64,000 bases of DNA from Basidiobolus meristosporus CBS 931.73 (GCA_002104905.1 MCFE01000305.1:1-64000); one strand, 5' to 3'; counted from the stretch's first letter, positions 12,056 to 26,400 are shown. Made by a program: numbers and translations. The notes: a model not told the origin generated them from the sequence alone.

Positions 12056-15000
12056 TTAGATTAGAGACAGAACCCAAGTATTCCTAGCAAGCATTTGCCA
12101 GAGGTTATTGCACCCAGTGAACACCCCACACACAAAACACTTGAGAAGTGTTGGACGTATCTCTCCCTTGGACCTATACACCACCACAATGTTGCTGATT
12201 GTTGTATTGTTCAGGGTGATGGTGTACTCTGGCCTGTGGTCCAAACTAGTAACAGTGCAAGGGCCAATCCATTGGGGTGTGATTTGTGGGCAAAACCTGA
12301 GGCCTGCAACGGTTTGATTGTACCACACTTTATTGCCTGGTTTCCACTTTTGTGCTGTTAGTTTCTCATTTTTGGGTAGAGGGGGAAGGTGCTTGTTGAC
12401 ATTTTGGAATACTTTTATGTAAAGGTGGGCAATACAGTGTATCAACCTTTCCACATAGTTGTTATGTGTTGTCAAGGGGACACCTTCCATTGTCAATCCA
12501 GCTTCTTCATGCCACTTGGGCCTTTGTCCATACAGAACTTTGTACAGGGAGAAACCTGTTGTTTTGTTTGGTATTTTACGCATTGCTAGGAGTGTCAGTG
12601 GGAGTAGCTTGGCCCATGATTGGGGAAGTTCCCAGCAGAGCTTCTCTAGTGTGTGGCAACATGTCTGGCTCATCCTCTTGGTTTATCCATTGATCTGGGG
12701 GTGATATGCAGCCATGCAGACCTGTTTCACACCCATCATTTCACACCCATCATTTCACACAAATGGGCCCTGGTGTTGTTCAGGAAGGAGCCACCATTGT
12801 TGGAGAGGAGTATCTGAGGATATCTGTGCCAGCATATGAGGTGTTCTAGATTGAATTGGGTGGTTGTCTTTAGGTCTTTATTTTGGATGGCTTAGGCTTT
12901 TACCCACTTTGAGAAATAATTGGTAGCAATTATTATGTATTGCTCTCCTTTCTTTGTCTTCATAGAGGGGCTAACAAGGTTGATCCCTACCCAGTGGAAG
13001 GGTAGGTCAAGCAGTATTGGTGTGGTTGTCCCTATCTTCTGACTCCAGTAAAATCTTTTGCAGGTGGAACATCTTTGCAACATATTCACAATGTTGGTCA
13101 TCATTTTTTTTCCAATAAAACATCTTTCTTAACATCTTGGATGTTATTAGGGGGTTAGCATGACCTAATGACATATGTCTTTCTTGTTTGATTTCCTTGC
13201 AGGTAGTTACCAAGGGTACCTCAAATCTGAACTGTCCGTGAATGAACCATAATTGGTTTTCTTGTACTTTGTACTGACACCATTTCTTTCAAAAGTATCT
13301 CTTCTGCTTGTTTGTAACAATGTGTTTGGGGTACTTCCCTCTTCTTTTAAGGCAGATTACATCCTTGTAGTCATTGTTGATGTGTATTTGGCAAACAGGA
13401 TAGCAACTGAGGAAGTCTGCATCTTGGTGTTTCTTGCCAGTGCAATGAATTATTTTGAAGTTGTATTCTTATAGTTGGAGGGCCCAATGTACTAGTCAAC
13501 TGGTAAAGTCTTTAATTTTCATCAGCCAGATTAGTGCACTGTGGTCCATTACTATTGTGAAATGGCAACCGCGTATATATGTATGGAATAGTTGGAGGGC
13601 CCAATGTACTAGTCAACTGGTAAAGTCTTTAATTTTCATCAGCCAGATTAGTGCGCTGTGGTCCATTACTATTGTGAATTGGCAACCATGTTTGTATGTG
13701 TGGAATTGTTTAATTGAAGAAACAACAGCCAGGCATTCTATCTTAGTAATGGGGTAGTAATATTTGTGTTTGTGTAGCAAATGGCTCATGTAACCAATTG
13801 GGTGGAATTTGCCAGGTTGGAGGTATTGTCCCAGTACAGTGCCTATACCGGTGAGACTTCCATCACAGTTAATAAGAAATCTTGCATCCCAATTGGGAAA
13901 ATGTAACACTGGAGGTGACATCAGGGAATGTTTCAGTTGGTTGAATGCTCTCTTTTGAGGCTCCAACCACACAAAGCACTGGCCTTTTTGCATCAATTTG
14001 TATAGGGAGGCTGCTATTGTTGCAAAGTTTTTGACAAAGTGGTGCTAGTAGCTGGCTAATCCTAGGAATCCCAACACTACATTAATATCCTTTGGTGCAG
14101 GTGTATCTTGAATGGCTTTTAGGAGTGAAGTAGATGGGTATATTCCATCTGCCTAGATTTTGTGGCCCAGGAACAGCAATTTTGTATACAGGAAATGGCA
14201 CTTCTTGGGATGTAGTTTGAGTTGGTTCTTGAGGAGGGCTGTCAGGATACATTGCACATTGTGTATATGTTCTTCTACATTGGGGGAATATATTGTGATG
14301 TTGTCCAGATACACAAGAGCGCATTCCTAACATTGTTTTCCTAGCACCTTGTCAATTATCCTTTGGAATGTAGTGGGAGCATTGCACAAGCCAAAGAGTA
14401 GTTGGTTCCCTTTGTATAATCCAAACAATGTTATAAAAGCGGTTTTGGGCTGATCTTCTGGGGCTATTTATACTTGCCATTACCCAGAGTTTAAGTCAAG
14501 AGAGCTAAAATATTTAGCTCCAATTAATCTGTCCAAGAGGTTGTCTCTTTGAGGTAGCAGATACACGTCCTTCCAGGTGACGGCGTTCAATTTTTGGTAG
14601 TCAATGCAAAAGCATTGTTTTCCATCTTTCTTTGGGACTATCACTACAGGGGAAGCCCACAGCAACTGGCTCTCTGTATTGATGTTGTCTTTTAATAAAG
14701 TTTCAATTATGTCTTTAATATATTCTGTGTCAGTTTTTGAGTTCCTATAGACTTTTTGCTTGATTGGGTATTTGTTGGCAAGGTGGATTTGGTGATGTAC
14801 CCCAGGTATATGACCAATTACTTGGTTCTTAGAGAATACTTGGGCAAGCAGGCATATTCCTTCTAGAAACTTGTCTTGTAATGCAGGTGGTAGACCAGGG
14901 TCCACATCTAGTTTGGTGAGTTCTTCTTCTGGTTCCTTATTTGTAGGTGGTCCTTGGTTGTTTCCGTTGACTTCCTCTAGGTTTATCAATGGCACACCTC

Positions 15001-16894
15001 TAGGCAATGTCACCATGTGTTGCCCATTGTTAACTACTAAGCACCTCAGACTTTGCATTTCAAATTTTGGCAGTATCCATACTTTAGGGATTGAGATTCC
15101 TTCCAGTTGCTTTGATGCCTTTGCTGCAGTTATCATTCTTCTGCTCATCAAATAAGCTATTGGTGTCTCTAATGAGCGCACAGTCTCACTGGTGGGTGGT
15201 ATTTTTATCACCTTTTGTGTGATGATTGGAGACTGCAACGGTTTTACCTCTTCAATTTTCACACTGTTGCTACACTCCTTGTTCTCATTGATGATATGAA
15301 TCAGTGGGATACTCTTGGTATCCCACCTGAGTTCAGATGCACTGTAAAGTATATCCATCTTATGTTGGATAAACCAACTCTCACCAATGAGTAAGTCATT
15401 GGCTGCTACAGGTGGAACCACAACATCTCAATGTATAATCAAGTTGCCTAGCTGGATGGGCCAATTAGGCACCACTCCTACTGTTGTGTCCAGTTGGTCA
15501 TTTGCTAGCCATACCCAAATGGTGTTGTTGGGTACTATATCTAACTTTAGACATTTTGCTAATGATCCTGACATGATCAATGTTGAGGATCCTGTGTTCA
15601 AAAGGGCAGCAATCTCCGTATTCTCTGTATGTACCTTTACGTATGTACCTTTATTTGGTTTTTGTGGGACCATCTGGTTGACATGAAGGGTTGTTTTCTC
15701 CTTCAATCCCTCTATCAGTTCCTTGACTAGAGCCAGGGCCAGTCCCAGTAAATTGGTTATTGGGAGGGTTGCCTTGGCTTGCTCTAGCACCTTCATTATG
15801 GGGAATAGGCTGTGGAAAGACATACTAGTGTTCTTTGTTTGTTTCAACACCTCTTCCCAAGGCTCATTCTGTACCTGTTCATCTAATTCCGCGTTCTTTC
15901 CTTTTGGCAGAACCTCTACTACAGGTTCCTTTGCCTCCTCTCAAGAAGCATCATGTTGACGCTTCTTCTTCTGTACTTTGACTGTTCTGACTGGAGGGCT
16001 TAAATTGACTGATTCCTGTTGGCCTCCTGGCAAGGGACTCAGACTTTTGATGCCTTCTTCTCTTTTGTGTCTGGTATGGGTGCTTGTCCGTACCATTTTT
16101 CACATTTGTGGGCTTGGTGGCCTACTTCTCCATATACATAACACAGGTGCTGTTTTTGGGCTGTTCCATCTGTTGAGTCAGGGCTTGTACCTGGGCCTTT
16201 AAATCTACAACAGCTTCCCAGAGTTTATCACCTTCTTTTGGGACTTCTTGGACATTGTTGATCAAGAGTTCTTGGACCTTTTGCCGTAATTCCTCTAACT
16301 CACAGTCTTTTAGGGAGGCAAATTTTCCTTTCTTACATGGGATCCCTGTCCTTCAATCATTTGTATCACTATAGGGTAGCCCCAACAGCAAGATGACCCC
16401 TCATACGCATTTGACCAACTCTTGCAATGTTTTACATCCCTATTGTTCTTTGGATGCCCTACCTCTTATTTGTCATCTAAGCCCATGATGTGATACCTCA
16501 TGAGCTGTTGTTTCACAATTTTGTCTTTTGGGAGACATTGAACTTGTTGGAGAAACAGTTCAGTGTAGGCTTCATAGCTCTCACTGCTTTTCTTCTGTGA
16601 GGAAAGTAGAAGGGCTTTGTAGTGGTATCCTTTGGCATATAGAAAGCATGTCTTGTAGGCTTCTTCTAGTGCATCCCATTTGTCTTTAACTGCATCTTCC
16701 AACTCATAATGCCATTGCCATGCTGGCCCTTCCATATGTCTTGCAAACTCCCTTACTTTCTTATTGTTATCCCATCCTGCATCAACCGCAACTCTCTCAG
16801 ACTTATCAAACCACTCAAGGGCTTTCTCTCTCTTTCCCTTGTATATTTTTTGTTTGATTGTAGTAGTCATTACCTCACTTGTGCTTATTTCCAC
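12056..16894 (-). pseudogene. Gypsy gag-pol pseudogene
   Basis: ORF fragments: gag (16466-16894); decayed knuckle CYVYGEVGHQAHKC; protease ALLNTGS; RT WASPVVIVPKKDGKQCFCIDYQKLN; RNase H INCDGSLTGIGTVL; integrase zinc and core; W.GP C-terminal motif. Confidence 0.92.
13471..13705. repeat. 117-bp tandem duplication at the end of gypsy RNase H
   Basis: atagttggagggcccaatg... begins at both 13471 and 13588. Confidence 0.9.
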
Positions 16895-18154
16895 AGAGAC
16901 AGCACCAAATATGTGGGTTATTACTGACTGTACTTGGTGAGTGGGAGAGCTTTTAGGTCAAGTCAGTACCACTTGGTTCAGAATAGCTTCCAATAGAAGG
17001 TAGCAAGGTAATAAAGACTTGTGTTTATTCCATCCAAATCCTCTTGTCCTCTCACTTGGTTCAATTGGGTAGATATATATATCACTTGGGGGGGGGCTTG
17101 GATAATAGACAATGTGTTATAAAATAGGGGACTGAACACCTTCCTGTTATGGTAAGTGTTCCAACTAGATAAGGTCAGGGATAGGAGGGAGGGCATGTGG
17201 GGGAGTCATAGAGAGGATACTAGGGGACTTTGGGTAGGACTCTGGGGAGAACTCTTTGGCAAAGAGTGGGTACTGCATTTGGTACTCACACCAGGGAGGC
17301 CAAGTGAGCCTAAATTTGGCCACAGAGTGTGAGACATAGCTCTGCATCTTCATGCAAAGCTGCCCCTGTGTCTCACCCATTGTGTTGGAGAAAATCCATT
17401 TTTTGACCTTTTTTTTAGGTCAATGTTGTGCAGGATGTGTACAAGCACAAAAGCATTGAAGATATGAATCTGATACTCAATACCCATGGCACTCTGAATC
17501 TAGCTCCTGTGGCTTGTAACATGTCACAAAAATGCATGGAACTATCTTGGCCCACTGGTACTATCTGGCACTGTATTTGATTATTAGCCCAAAGTAAGTT
17601 CTATGCAAAGCACTTAAAGTGCTAGATAGTACCAGTGAACCAAGATAGTGCCATGCATTTTTCTAACATGTTACAAGCCACAGGAGCTAGATTCTGAGTG
17701 CCATAGGTATTGAGTACCTGATGCATGTCTTCAGCTCTTCTGTGCGCTTACATATCCTGCACAACATTGATCCACAAAAAAATGTCAAAAAATGAATTTT
17801 CTCCAGTATCATAGGTGAAACACAAGGGATGCTTTGCATGAAGATGCAGAGCTATGTTTCACACTCTGTGGCCAAGTATAGGTTCACTCGGCCTCTCTGG
17901 CACACCATGGCAGCATTTGTCACACATGGCCCAATGTTGCACTATCCAATGGAACAAGTCTAATGCTGTAGAGTAGAAAAAAGGACCATGTGGCTGTTGT
18001 AACAAGCCCTTTAGCAATGAAGTGCACAGACAACATAGGAAGTATTACAGTGATAACAGCCAGTGTTTTGACACACAGGTCTTACTTGACCATGCATCAG
18101 TTACCACTGTACCAACCTTATCTTGCTGACTGCTTGATACTTTGACATTGGTAC

Positions 18155-18523
18155 CATTGAAATATTGGACTATCTGGTATCATTCTGCAGCTAAAAATTT
18201 ACTTAACAATTCTGGACTAGTCTTGGTCACTGTGGGACTAATTTACAGCTCTAACTTTGCCACTTTCTTCAGATCCATGATATTATGATTATTCCCCTAT
18301 AGTCAGGATCAAATTAGCACTAATACTAACTATTACGTACTAACCCTGAAACTGTTACAGAATGCTACTGAATATTGAGAAACCCTCCTCACTTAATGTT
18401 ACAGCTGTATTACCTCTACAAAGGTATTAATACTGAGCCTCTTTATTAATCAACAACAGTTCAACTATTATCACTATTTCTTGATACGTTCCTTATATCT
18501 AAATCACTTCTTAAATTGCAACA
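18155..18523 (+). mobile_element. Solo LTR, copia family A (subtype A2), 369 bp
   Basis: Homologous to 38483-38851. TSD GGTAC/TGTAC. The empty site (attggcacctggctg) is seen in the paralog near 37985. Confidence 0.92.
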
Positions 18524-19242
18524 TGTACCAGGCTGTATCTGTCACCCTGTGTAAACTGAGTTAGGTGAATCTGTGATGCCTTGAGGCTCACCTCAGCCTT
18601 CTGACTATGGCCATGGAGCAATAGCTGCAAAGTAGAAGGCTTACTGATGGATTGTGAGCCTATCTCCTCTAACAACAGTACACTGCATGAGTCCACCAAA
18701 ATCCCAATGTTCAATACAACAACACCCATGGAAAAGAATGCCAAGGATACTTCATGGAGTCAAGTAAACCCAGTAACTCATCTGCAGATGAATAATATGA
18801 TGTTGTGGCTGGATAGTGGCATGTGTCTACAAATACCAGTAATAGGGTCACTGAGGACTCACTACTGCTTCTTGCTAAAGTCATTTTAGGATGCAACTAT
18901 CCATGCACATGGTGCTAATGGACAACTATCATGCAGCTGGCAAAACTTGGCCCAGAGATTGTCCTGGTACCAGCATGTGATATTAGTTGCATGACACTCA
19001 GATCTGAGAATGCCACCATTGCAAGGTGTTCAGCTTGTCAGGAATCCACTACCATAGGATGAAAATATCAATCATGCTTTGGATATATTCCAGCAATACT
19101 TTGCTTAAAGAAGCTCATACAGTACACCAAATATTATGAAGCTATAAAGCACCACACTCAGTATCAATCAAGTGCAAACATATCCAATATATTTGATGGC
19201 AAGTATTACAAACAGCCAAGAAGCAAGGGCTACTCTAATAGT

Positions 19243-20400
19243 ATGTTTGACTATGCCTTTGCTTTGGCACTTGATGGATTCTCATTAAACCGGTATTCTA
19301 CCAGCAAATCTTGCTGGCTACTGATTCTTGTCAACCTGAATCTGCTGCCTAACTTACAGAATCAGAGCAGAAATCTGAAGGAAGTCTCACTGGTATCTGG
19401 ACCTAAATTGCTGTCAACCTGGATAGCTACATGTATCTATTGCTGGACAAGCTTTATATGCTTTCCAGAGGGAAATAGTAAATGGCCGTCATGTCAAAGC
19501 ACATTTCATTATCTGCATTGGAGATACCCAGCCATCAGCAAGATAGCAGGCTTTTCTGGGCATAATGGACAGTATTGCTATCAAATGTATGAGATATAGG
19601 GGATTTACGCCATAACTCCCACATATTATTATGTCTGAACACCAACACCAGGAATGTCATCTTCCCACAGAGAGAATGTACAGAAGTCAGCATGCAATTG
19701 CAGCAGAGTTGGCATGCTATCAGCCATTGGCCAGAATGTAGAGTTGATTGGAGACATTTGATACCTAACTTATAGCGTATTTGTTGAAGCAAAACCTTTT
19801 CACTTGGAGCAATGCTTTTGATTTTCAATAACATCCTTATACTAGTGACCAAGTTGTATATAGGACATTTCAATTTAGTAGAGCCCTTCAAAATACCAGA
19901 GAAATTTGACAGAATTGGCAAGTTATTACAGTATATCTGCTGCTCTAAAAACTTCTCACAGGCACCAATCAATATTCATATGCATATGGAACAATACAAA
20001 TGCACAGACTGGATGAACCAGATATATATTTATAAAAGTGGCCTTCTGAGGCCGTCTCTACCAAGTGTACATTTGAAGCACCAAGAGTCATATATTGACA
20101 TTATAAAAAATTCATTCAGAAGTGGATTACCAATGCCAACTTGACACATCTAGAGCTATTATGCATGGATTTTGCAACAGGATTTGTGCTACTATACTAC
20201 AAGTAAAAAGCTAAACAAGTATATATCTGCTGCTACTGTGTCCATTCTCTGCTCATACATGCTTGGTGTGCAGAGAGTATTGGGTCTTGCTTCCCCTCTT
20301 GAGAGTTTCCTATGGAGCCAATTTGTGGGAAGATAGGCACACAAGTCAAGGTACAGGTACTACCATATCCTAATCTCAACAAGAATATGCAATGGGTTAG
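19243..20400 (+). pseudogene. CACTA Tnp2-family (Transposase_21-like) transposase core and DUF4218-like region, degenerate
   Basis: FALALDGFSL..SCWLLILVNLNLLP..SLVSGPK; D.PAISKIAGFSGHNGQYCYQM; downstream H.LL..GSCF..WEFPME. Confidence 0.85.
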
Positions 20401-20999
20401 CACATAGTGTACAGCCATGAAGAGCCAGAGAGTATTGAGAATAGATGTGCACATTGTAACACCTACACCTTTGGCATTAAGAAGTAAAGCAGCTACAATA
20501 CCTGGGTGATCAGCTAATTGTGCATGGTTAGGTTAGACACAACATTCCATAAATTCTTGCCAATTTTATGAGTCTTGATTTAAGAGTTGTAGCGGAATAG
20601 GGAGCTTAGCCAGTGCTGTACTTACTAAGACTTGAATTGATCTTTGTTGAAGTTCCAGCAGCTTCTTGTATACATTATGCCTGATCAATTGCTGACTAAT
20701 TGTATTTCCTAATGTAGGCTGTAGCTGATGACTCACTTATTTGCACCAATATCACCAAATTAGATCTTACTTATTATATCTATGTCTGTCTGATAAGGAT
20801 GTGCTCATTTATTTGCTGACTGATATTACTGATCTGATATATAATACTGTTTTACTGATAGGCTAAACATACAACTAATTGATTGAAGTACAAGCTGACC
20901 TAACTTAAACATTCCAATGGCAGATGATCACATTCTTCCCTATGAAAGCTGACAGGGTTCTCCTTAATCTCTTTTCATGTGATACTAGTATCTTGATGA

Positions 21000-23450
21000 A
21001 ATAGCATTGTTAGTAAGTCTTGTGGGCTGGAGTCTGCCTCTATGAGCTTAATCTTCTTGGATATTCCCTTGTTTTTCTACTAGCTGGTAAGCTGCAATTG
21101 GAAATTCTTGACTGATCTTAAATGGCACTGTGCATTGTGGCTCAAGCCTCTTCCAAGTGCTGCTTCTTAGCAATACCAGGTTGCCAACTGTCAAAGCCTC
21201 TGGTGATACAATCTTATTAAATCTATGCTTCATATTTTTGGCACTTTTAGAGATTTTTGCCTGTGCCTCCCAACATTTTTGTTCCAATTATTGGGGTCCG
21301 CTAGGCTGACTGAGTTCATCCTCTACATTGTCAGTGAGTTCTGGCTGTGTAAATATCCTGGATTCCTGGGTTCAGATTTGTACACTAAGTAAAGTGACAT
21401 TTGTTGGGTAATATTGTGCACCATAATACTGTAGGCAAGCAGTATTTGGTCAATATACTTACCAATCTACTTACAGCACTTCCATACTTGGTCAGCATTT
21501 TTTTAAATAGTACATTGAGCCACTCAGTGACTGCATTAGTTTTAGGATGATACCCCAAAGCTTCAAATGTTTATTCTACTATATTTCCAGATAGGCTTCC
21601 AATGTCTGTGGATAAATTTTGCTCCTCTATCAAATAAAATGCTCACACAGTATCCACACTTCAACAGGATTGCATGGAAGATGAAACTTGCAACTTCTTG
21701 TTCACTGCTTACTGGTAGAGCTCTAGCTATTGGCCATTTGGTTCATGGACAATTGCTACTAGAATCCTCCAATTGCATTCCCTAGAAGTGGGCAGTCTTC
21801 TAATAAAGTCTATTTCCCATCTCTCAAATGGTCTTACAGGTTTTAAGTACAAGGGGTCCGCAATTCACTGTGTTTGGCCTTGGCTGATTTGGGACCTTGG
21901 GCATATTTTTGCTAGCTTCTCAATGTCTTGTTTCATTTGGGACCACCATAATCTTTCTTTTACAAGGCTATAGGATCCTTCAATTCCACTATGTTCACAT
22001 CCATTGTGTGGCTTGTGTGTTGAGTGCAGGCAAGCAACATAGGGGCAGTAGGCAATAGGGCTTCCATCAATAATTGGGTATAGACATAAACTTTATTACA
22101 AGTTTGCTGGCTTCATCCCAAGTGAGCTTCTTGATACTATCTTCCACCTCATTTGAAATGACATGGTCCTCCAAGTACTTTGGTAATAATCTGGGCCAAT
22201 CTAATTCATGCACCAGGTTGAATAGTGCAACTTGCTCTAGTCATGATAAGGTGTCAGCAACCATGTATTTTTCTCAGGGCAGTAGAATATCTCCAGGTTG
22301 AGTAGCTGAATGTACTCACTACACCTTGTCATTTTTCTGAATAATACCTTCTGAGTATTTATACATTTGAGAGAGGGATGATCAGTCTTCACATTGCACT
22401 TGATTCCTTCAATGTAGCATCTCCATGTCAGCTTCTTGGAATAAGAAGCAGCTGAGTACTCCTTTCCATCATGTTTGTGGCTCAGTACTCTACCCATTGC
22501 ATAGTCTGAAGCATCTGTCACACAGTAAGCACCTTTCTGAAGTCAAGTATTCTTAAGCTTGGCAGTATAACAAGCTCAATCTTGAGCATCCAAAAGGCAG
22601 TCTCACAGGCTATGCCCCACTGCAAGGTGTTGATGTTCTTGAGGATATCAGTCAAAGGGGCTGCAATACTTGCAAAGTACTGGACAAACCTTAAATAATA
22701 GGAAACCACTGCAAGTAATGATCTGAGCTCTGAAATGCAATGAGACTGCTTCAAATTCCTCATAACTTCCGCCTTATAGGGGTCTAATGCCTCTCCTATG
22801 CTAATCACTATGTATCTCAGCTACTTGATATGCTCTTTGAAGAGCTCACACTTTGCTAGCTTACCATATAGCTTCTTCTCTCTTTGGTTCTTGAAGACCT
22901 TTTCAATGTGCCACAAGTGGTCCTCTTCTGACTTGCTTTATATCAATATGATGTCTAGGTGGATAACCACAAACTTATCTAAGTACTCCTGAAGGATGAT
23001 TTGCATCAAGGCCATGAGTTTTGCAGGGAAATTTGTGAGGCCAAAGCACATTACAGAGTGCTTGAAATATCAATATCTTGTCCCAAATACTGTTCTTGGG
23101 ATATCTTCTGACTTCACCCTTATCTGGTTTTATCCTGATAAGAGGTCAATATTGCTCAAAATGATGGCTCCATTAAGTTGGCCCAAAAGCTCATCAATTC
23201 TTGGTAGGGGTTAGTTACTCTTCATGGTGTCAGAGATAAGGACTCTGTAGTATAAGCATATTTGAAGTGATCCATCCTTCGTTTTCACAAAGAGCACTGG
23301 TGCTCTCCTAGGTGATTTGCTGGGCTTGATGTGTCCTTGCTCCAATAGTTGATCAATTTATCACTTCATCCACTCCAACTCCAATGGGCTTAACCTGTCT
23401 TGCTCACAGGGGGGACTATTGCCTTTGTTCAATTTGCTTTGAAGTTGGTG
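21000..23450 (-). pseudogene. Second Ty3/gypsy pol relic (RT, RNase H, integrase), no LTR found
   Basis: Minus-strand fragments YLDKFVVIHLDIILIY, LRSLLAVVSYYLRFVQYFASIAAPLT, TDASDYAMGRVLSH, VGNLVLL..LEPQCTVPFKI. Boundaries approximate. Confidence 0.85.
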
Positions 23451-26400
23451 GAAAAACCATTGGTTGAGCATGTCCACCGTTAGGCATGATTTGGCAAACT
23501 GTGTAAGACGGTTTTCTATGCTGTTGTCATCTTTTTACATGTTAACTTATACACAGTGTGTATTTTCCATGTTGCTGATGATTTTATGATAAATGTTCTT
23601 CCATTTTAGGAACTACATCTATGTATATCTTGTCTTGCCATCCATAAATGGCATACTACTTCTAATAGCTTTAATGAATACTCTATGAAAAATTATTGTG
23701 ATGAACCTATCAAAAAGCCATTGCAAACTTAAGTCCCATCACTAAGAGGTACTGACCACATCAGGACACCACGCAAATACTGTCAAAAAATAATAGCACC
23801 CCAGTTTTCACAAAAAGCTTGGTCTAAATTCTTCATCACAACAATACAACAGTGGCTTTTGAGTGGCTCATTGCCAATTTTCTCACTTTTTGATCCCAGA
23901 CACTCTATCACCTCCTAAACTTGTGTACCTGTTTTTCACACTTCTTACTTTTCATGCTTACAAATTGATTTAATTTTGCTGAAACTTCAGGTGCACCTCT
24001 TGTATTGACCTATACAAGTCCATGTACACTACACCAACATTAAGCCCAACCACACACTTGACAAGTAACTCCATTGAAATCCACCACTTGATTAGTATTA
24101 CTGCAGTAATTCTTTTTTTCCATGACTTTAATGCAAGCCCTGTGGCTTTATGCCACTGTACATTTGCTGGTTCCCACATGCCTGGTCTTTAGCCAGCACT
24201 GCAAGGTCTAGCTCCTCATCTGCCAATCTTTGCAATAAATCCTTGCAATATTCAAGTCCATTTTCTTGAGCACACCTCTAGAACAAGTGCTGCAACCTCT
24301 TAGTGTGCCTGTTAATGTTCCAAAGTTCCATGGAAGGTATTGTGATAACCATTTGAGTTGTTGATGTTGTTGCTTTGTTAAGCAGTGGTGTCTCCTCTCT
24401 GTCAACAATGGAGTACATGGAGGCAGTGGTTGACTGGTTGGTTATCTCTGCAAGCTCATCTACCTCACTGGAGTGTAACTCAACTGGCTGCACTTCCAAC
24501 TCTTAAGAAAACAGCTGTCTTTTTGTTCATAATTCATCTTAGCTATAATGGGATTTAGCCTGTTCCTGGCTGACAGGATTAGTTGGTGAGAACCTCATCT
24601 TTTTCTAAAGCCTCCCTGTCTTGGGCTTAGGTGGATCTTTTTCTCCTCACCTTTATCTTTATGGCTGCTAAGTTTTTTGCTACTGCATCAACAGAGTGCT
24701 CCTTTAATGGTACTCTGATTTATCCTCAATGAATGCTGTACTGGCTCATCTATTTTTGCATACTTTTCCCTTGCCAGAACTCTCCCAGAAACCTGATGTT
24801 TGTTAGCTGCTTGCTTGGAGTTATCAGCCAGGATTGTGACAGGCTCCTCAGAAAGCCAGAGGTATTTATCACTGCCAAGTTCTTCACTACACTGTTACTT
24901 CATGCTTCTTGTATTAAACTATGTTTTCTCCTTAGTGAATGCTGTGCTGATGCATCTGTTTCTGCCTGCCTGTCTCTTACTGGCACTCTTCTGGCTACCT
25001 GATGTTTCCTTGCTGCCTATTTGGAGCATTCAGCCCTGCTTGTAATAAGCCATTGAGGAAGCTGCTGGTTTTTAGCCATGGTGCTATGGTTCTTCTGCCT
25101 CTGATAGTTTTAGCTATTCCTCTGATACTTTCTCAGCCTACCAAAGCTGGCCAAGATATGTTTGCTTGTTTGAGCTTGGGGCAATGCTCATGGAACAAGT
25201 GAAGCAAACTCTGCCTGGCCTTGAGCTCCTGATGGCCCCATGGTATTCCAGCCTTGAAATGCTGGTGTGCTAGACTTCTAACAGTCTCTTAAATATTAAC
25301 TCACTCTGCATCATTGCACTCCATGGCCTAAGGGACCTTCAATGTCATTGATTCTTAGGCTCTGCTACAAACATTACAGTTTCTCCCTCCTATGCTCTCA
25401 TAGATTTTTCTGTGGGCTTTATCTTTGGGCAATGTTGCTGTGCACCAAAGACTGTACAGTGTTCCTCTGCTATTAAATTGGGAAGTTGCTCAATTCTTGG
25501 CTGTGACATGGTGTTACTTGAGTTCCTTCTTTGCAGTAAAGATACCGCTTTCTCTACCTGAGATATTGATTGCTGTACATGTATTATCTGCTCATCCTAT
25601 TTCTGGACTATTTCCTAATTTCTCTGGGCCATTGCATCTATCCTCTCAGCCACTGCACCTAGTTGCCTCAAAGATGCATTAGTATGAGCTGACAACAAGC
25701 CTACTAACTTGTGTGGTGGTGATTGTATGACAGCCACCTGTTGGTCTTCAACTGAAGGTACTGCTTTTGCAACATTTTCATCTGCCTCAGCATTATGGTA
25801 AGCTTGCAGCTCTGCAGAGATTCCAATTGCCTACTTGACTGAGAGCCTAAGGAGTCCACATTATAACCTTCAGTGGGCACACTGTCCACATGGTCTTTTT
25901 TGGTTATAGCCTTGTTTGTGACACTGAATGGCAAACCAAGTTGTTGTCCAACTGTTCTTCTGCTACTCTCAGCAGTGGGGTTTGGCAGGGAACCAGACAG
26001 CTTTGCTTTGATTCTTGGGGGCATATGTATGGAAGTGGGCCAAGCCAAAGAGGAGTTGGTGCTATATATATATGTGCATGTGGTGATCCAACATCATTTA
26101 AAATGCCTACTCTGGCAGGTCAGCATTGAATCATGCATTCATGTGGGTACAATGTCATAAATATAAGACTGTTCTGAATTTAAATGACTATTAACAAGTA
26201 AATGATGGAATAGTATTGCATTGTTGAGTGCTAAACTGTTTGCCTCAGGGATAAGACTACTTTAATTCAATGCCATAAGAAAAGAGAAAAAAGGCCATGT
26301 AGCTGTTGTAGCTAGCCTCTCAGCCATTCTACACACAGCCAGCATAGGAAGTATCACAAGGATTGCTGCCAGTGTTTTGCCACAGAAGTTATACTTGGCC

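Larger units (their letters stand above)
10762..17290 (-). mobile_element. Complete but decayed Ty3/gypsy LTR retrotransposon
   Basis: LTRs 10762-11139 and 16912-17290 (TG...CA). Perfect CCAGG TSD. TGGTGCTGTCTC PBS-like tract inside the right LTR. Domain order gag, PR, RT, RH, INT on the minus strand. Confidence 0.95.
10696..17961. mobile_element. Foldback element copy 2 (~730 bp net: 10696-10761 and 17296-17961), split by a gypsy insertion
   Basis: AGACTT...AAGTCT termini with a perfect AAT/AAT 3-bp TSD. The spacer is the reverse complement of the copy-1 spacer. Confidence 0.9.
8053..20520 (+). mobile_element. CACTA/CMC transposon copy B (3'-truncated) carrying nested foldback+gypsy and a solo LTR
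   Basis: Begins gcctatgaag (decayed CCCTATGAAA terminus). Colinear with 23681-33746 and 35287-43450. Tnp2 motifs at 19243-19600. Confidence 0.75.

Noticed and set aside
10695-17962. TA target duplication (Tc1/mariner) for the foldback element
   Set aside because: TA flanks fit only this copy. Four copies and two empty-site alignments fit AGACTT termini with 3-bp TSDs better.
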